Shown here piece after piece: positions 37,509 through 39,864 of a stretch of DNA of 39,864 bases. How positions within the stretch are numbered: the first letter of the stretch is position 1; each line of letters begins with the position of its first letter. This DNA comes from Trichosphaerium sp. ATCC 40318 (Eukaryota; Protista; Tubulinea). The stretch is taken from NCBI GenBank assembly GCA_038496445.1, contig JALMLS010000314.1, positions 1 to 39,864 on the forward strand, in the 5' to 3' direction. The translations under genes were made by a program, and so were the position numbers. Below the pieces are notes generated by a model. The model worked only from the letters and a program-made list of their open reading frames with translations, searched no databases and was not told the origin of the DNA.

Positions 37509-39864
37509 TTAAAATTCCAAGCCGTATGCCTTTGCAATAAACTCCATCGGATGTGCTGTAACCATGTCATCACTTTTTGTTGTATTATCTTGTTTAAGTA
37601 CACCTTCTTTGATATGATCAACCTAGACCAGATTCACATCAGCAAAAGTAACAAGAAAAACTTTAGTATTTCAAGTTCAAGATTCCCTTATTAATGTTGA
37701 CGTACAGCGAGTGGACAATCAGACAAAACATAGACAGGGTCTTCCTTGTTATCTCTTTTTTTAAGAGATTTTATAACATTTCTAAATACAGGCTTGCCAA
37801 CTTTATGTGCCGCTTTATGACCATGCTTTAAAAAAAAAGAGTAAGATAAATGCAACTTTTTGTTTTTGCAAATTCTTGTACCTCTGTTATGCCAAAACTT
37901 CCTCCATGGCCTGAACATCGTTCCACTGATGTTATATTTATATTATCAAACAATTTCAAAGCATCAAGAGCCTTGAATCCCATACCTAACGAGACAATTT
38001 GAACAACTTGTAAAATTTTTTGTTGAATACCTTGTGCCCTTGAGTGACAAGCGTGATGTAATGTTACATTAACTTTTTTTGCAAGCGGTTGTGTAGGTAT
38101 AATACCTTCCTTCTTTTTTAATCTCAAGAGATACTCACAAGGGTCAAACGTGAATTTTGCGAGTTTTTGTATATTCTAAGAAAAAAATAAGAAAACATGT
38201 CAACAACAAAAGTCATTTTAAAAATAACGCTGTACTTCATCATCTGGGAATAACATTGGCCATTCTTTTTTAAACATTAAGCAACAAGAAGCCACAGGAA
38301 CAACAACATCATATCCTGGGTTAACATACCTAAACGTCAATGGTCAGAAAAAATATGGAATAAAAACAGCTTTGGTTGTTACTTTAATACAAGAATCTCT
38401 GCTATTTTTCTAGCTTTCTCTTCTACTTCAGCGATTTTACCACTCTCTAACTGTGGCATGCCACAGCAACCAATATACTCGCTCTCAACACGAACACCAT
38501 TATGTAACAGAACACGCATTGTAGCTAATGAAAAAGTTAAAAAAATCCTAGCACACTTAACACCACGTCAACTAAAAGCTAAGTAAAAAACACATACCTT
38601 TACCAATATCCGGTTTGTTATTATTAACGACACATGTAGAATACATAACCACTTTCCGCTGTCCTGAGAGATTTTATCAGCAAAACAAGTTGAAAAAAAT
38701 ACATTAAATTCAATCACTTTTTCGTACCATATGCAGGAGCCTCAGGATTAACATCCATTGGTTCAAGATAACTTGAAAATTGGTCGTCTTTTTTTAACAT
38801 TTTAGGAACTTTGGCATCTTTATGAACACCTAAAAAAGACAATTAAAAAAAACTTGTATTCGATCTTTGTTCTGTTTTGTTGTAGCACATACCAGCTATT
38901 TTACGTGCTAGAGGTTGATCTGCCATCCAGTTTACTAATGGCGCCCTTTTAGCTGCAAGCTTACCCATATAATCAGTGTCTGTCATCATCTTGTGAACAA
39001 AGCCTACACAACAATGGTCAGCCAAAGAAATCGATTTCGTTTTGTTTACCTTCTGGTTTGAATTCAAGCTTTCTACTAACTCCTTCATTAACTCTAACCT
39101 CTCCATCGTGTCCGCTACCAGCACCAGATATCTATTACATTATTGTTAACGGTTATAGCTTGGCGTAGACTCAATGGTGGTTTGGTTTTGTTAAAAGAAG
39201 AAGAAAAAAAAGTTGGCAACTTCGGAACTCACCTTTTTGACATTGTATTCTGGTGGTATATAGTATCTGTTTAAAATCTTTTTATCATCTTTATTTTCAA
39301 TAGCACGGTATCGTAACATTAAACGTGGAAAGTCAACTAAAGGCAAAAAACAGACGTCAGAAAAATACAACAAAAAAAAAATTACAAAGTGTTTTCAGTG
39401 AATTATTAATAACTACTTTTAAATGCCATGTACCATTTAATGGATGAGGTGGGACATAAGGACAAGTTGCTATAGAGCACATATCACATAAAGTACAATC
39501 ATCAACAACTTTCTAATCACGAAGTATCGCCGTTAAAAAAATCCGAAATAATTTTTTTTCCTCGTCAAAAATCAAAAAAAGTTTCAAACAAGAACTTGCC
39601 TTAAATTCCTTTGAGTCTACGCTATCAAGCTCTCCAGTCTTTGAATCGTCGACAAGATCAAATAGAGTGGGGAAAGAGTCGCATAAGTTATAACAGAGTC
39701 GACAACCGTGACAAACGTCGAAAACACGCCGCATTTCCTTTTTTAAGTTGTTTCGTCAGCGGAAAAACTCTGAAAGAGCGTTTATTACCTTCTCTAGGCT
39801 TTTTTCGTCGTAGTATTCGGGATCTGTCCAAGGAATATTGTGTCTGGACATAATTTAGCTCTAA
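37509..39864 (-). CDS. Bacterial-type Fe-S oxidoreductase (GlpC/HdrD-like, 2x[4Fe-4S] plus CCG domains), multi-exon; 5' end probably outside the window
   Basis: RHNIPWTDPEYYD...VFDVCHGCRLCYNLCDSFP, DCTLCDMC...CPYVPPHP..VDFPRLMLRYRA, GCCGMP, HHACHSRAQ, ERCSGHGG, SDCPLA, HPMEFIAKAYGL. Confidence 0.9.

Overview
AT-rich, intron-rich eukaryotic (protist-like) DNA; the taxon cannot be determined from the sequence alone. A large inverted duplication (about 1-7.4 kb vs 21.7-29.9 kb) carries the 3' end of an ankyrin-PARP gene, two F-box/LRR genes, a cytochrome P450 and an F-box/MORN-variant gene. In the right arm one F-box/LRR gene is interrupted by a 1,158-bp TIR element with a TA duplication. Between the arms lie an intronless ankyrin gene, a short ankyrin-PARP paralog, and a fumarate reductase-cytochrome b5 gene directly followed by an acyl-CoA oxidase that has no start codon of its own. 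Right of the duplication are a long ankyrin-PARP gene with 14 one-repeat-per-exon ankyrin modules, a small secreted 8-Cys peptide, an unknown two-exon gene and an intron-containing bacterial-type Fe-S oxidoreductase. The two best candidates for undescribed systems are (1) an exon-modular, DARPin-like variable ankyrin array fused to an H-Y-E ADP-ribosyltransferase and (2) an alternatively spliced peroxisomal FRD-b5 / FRD-b5-ACOX fusion. All gene models were spliced by eye and need RNA-seq confirmation.
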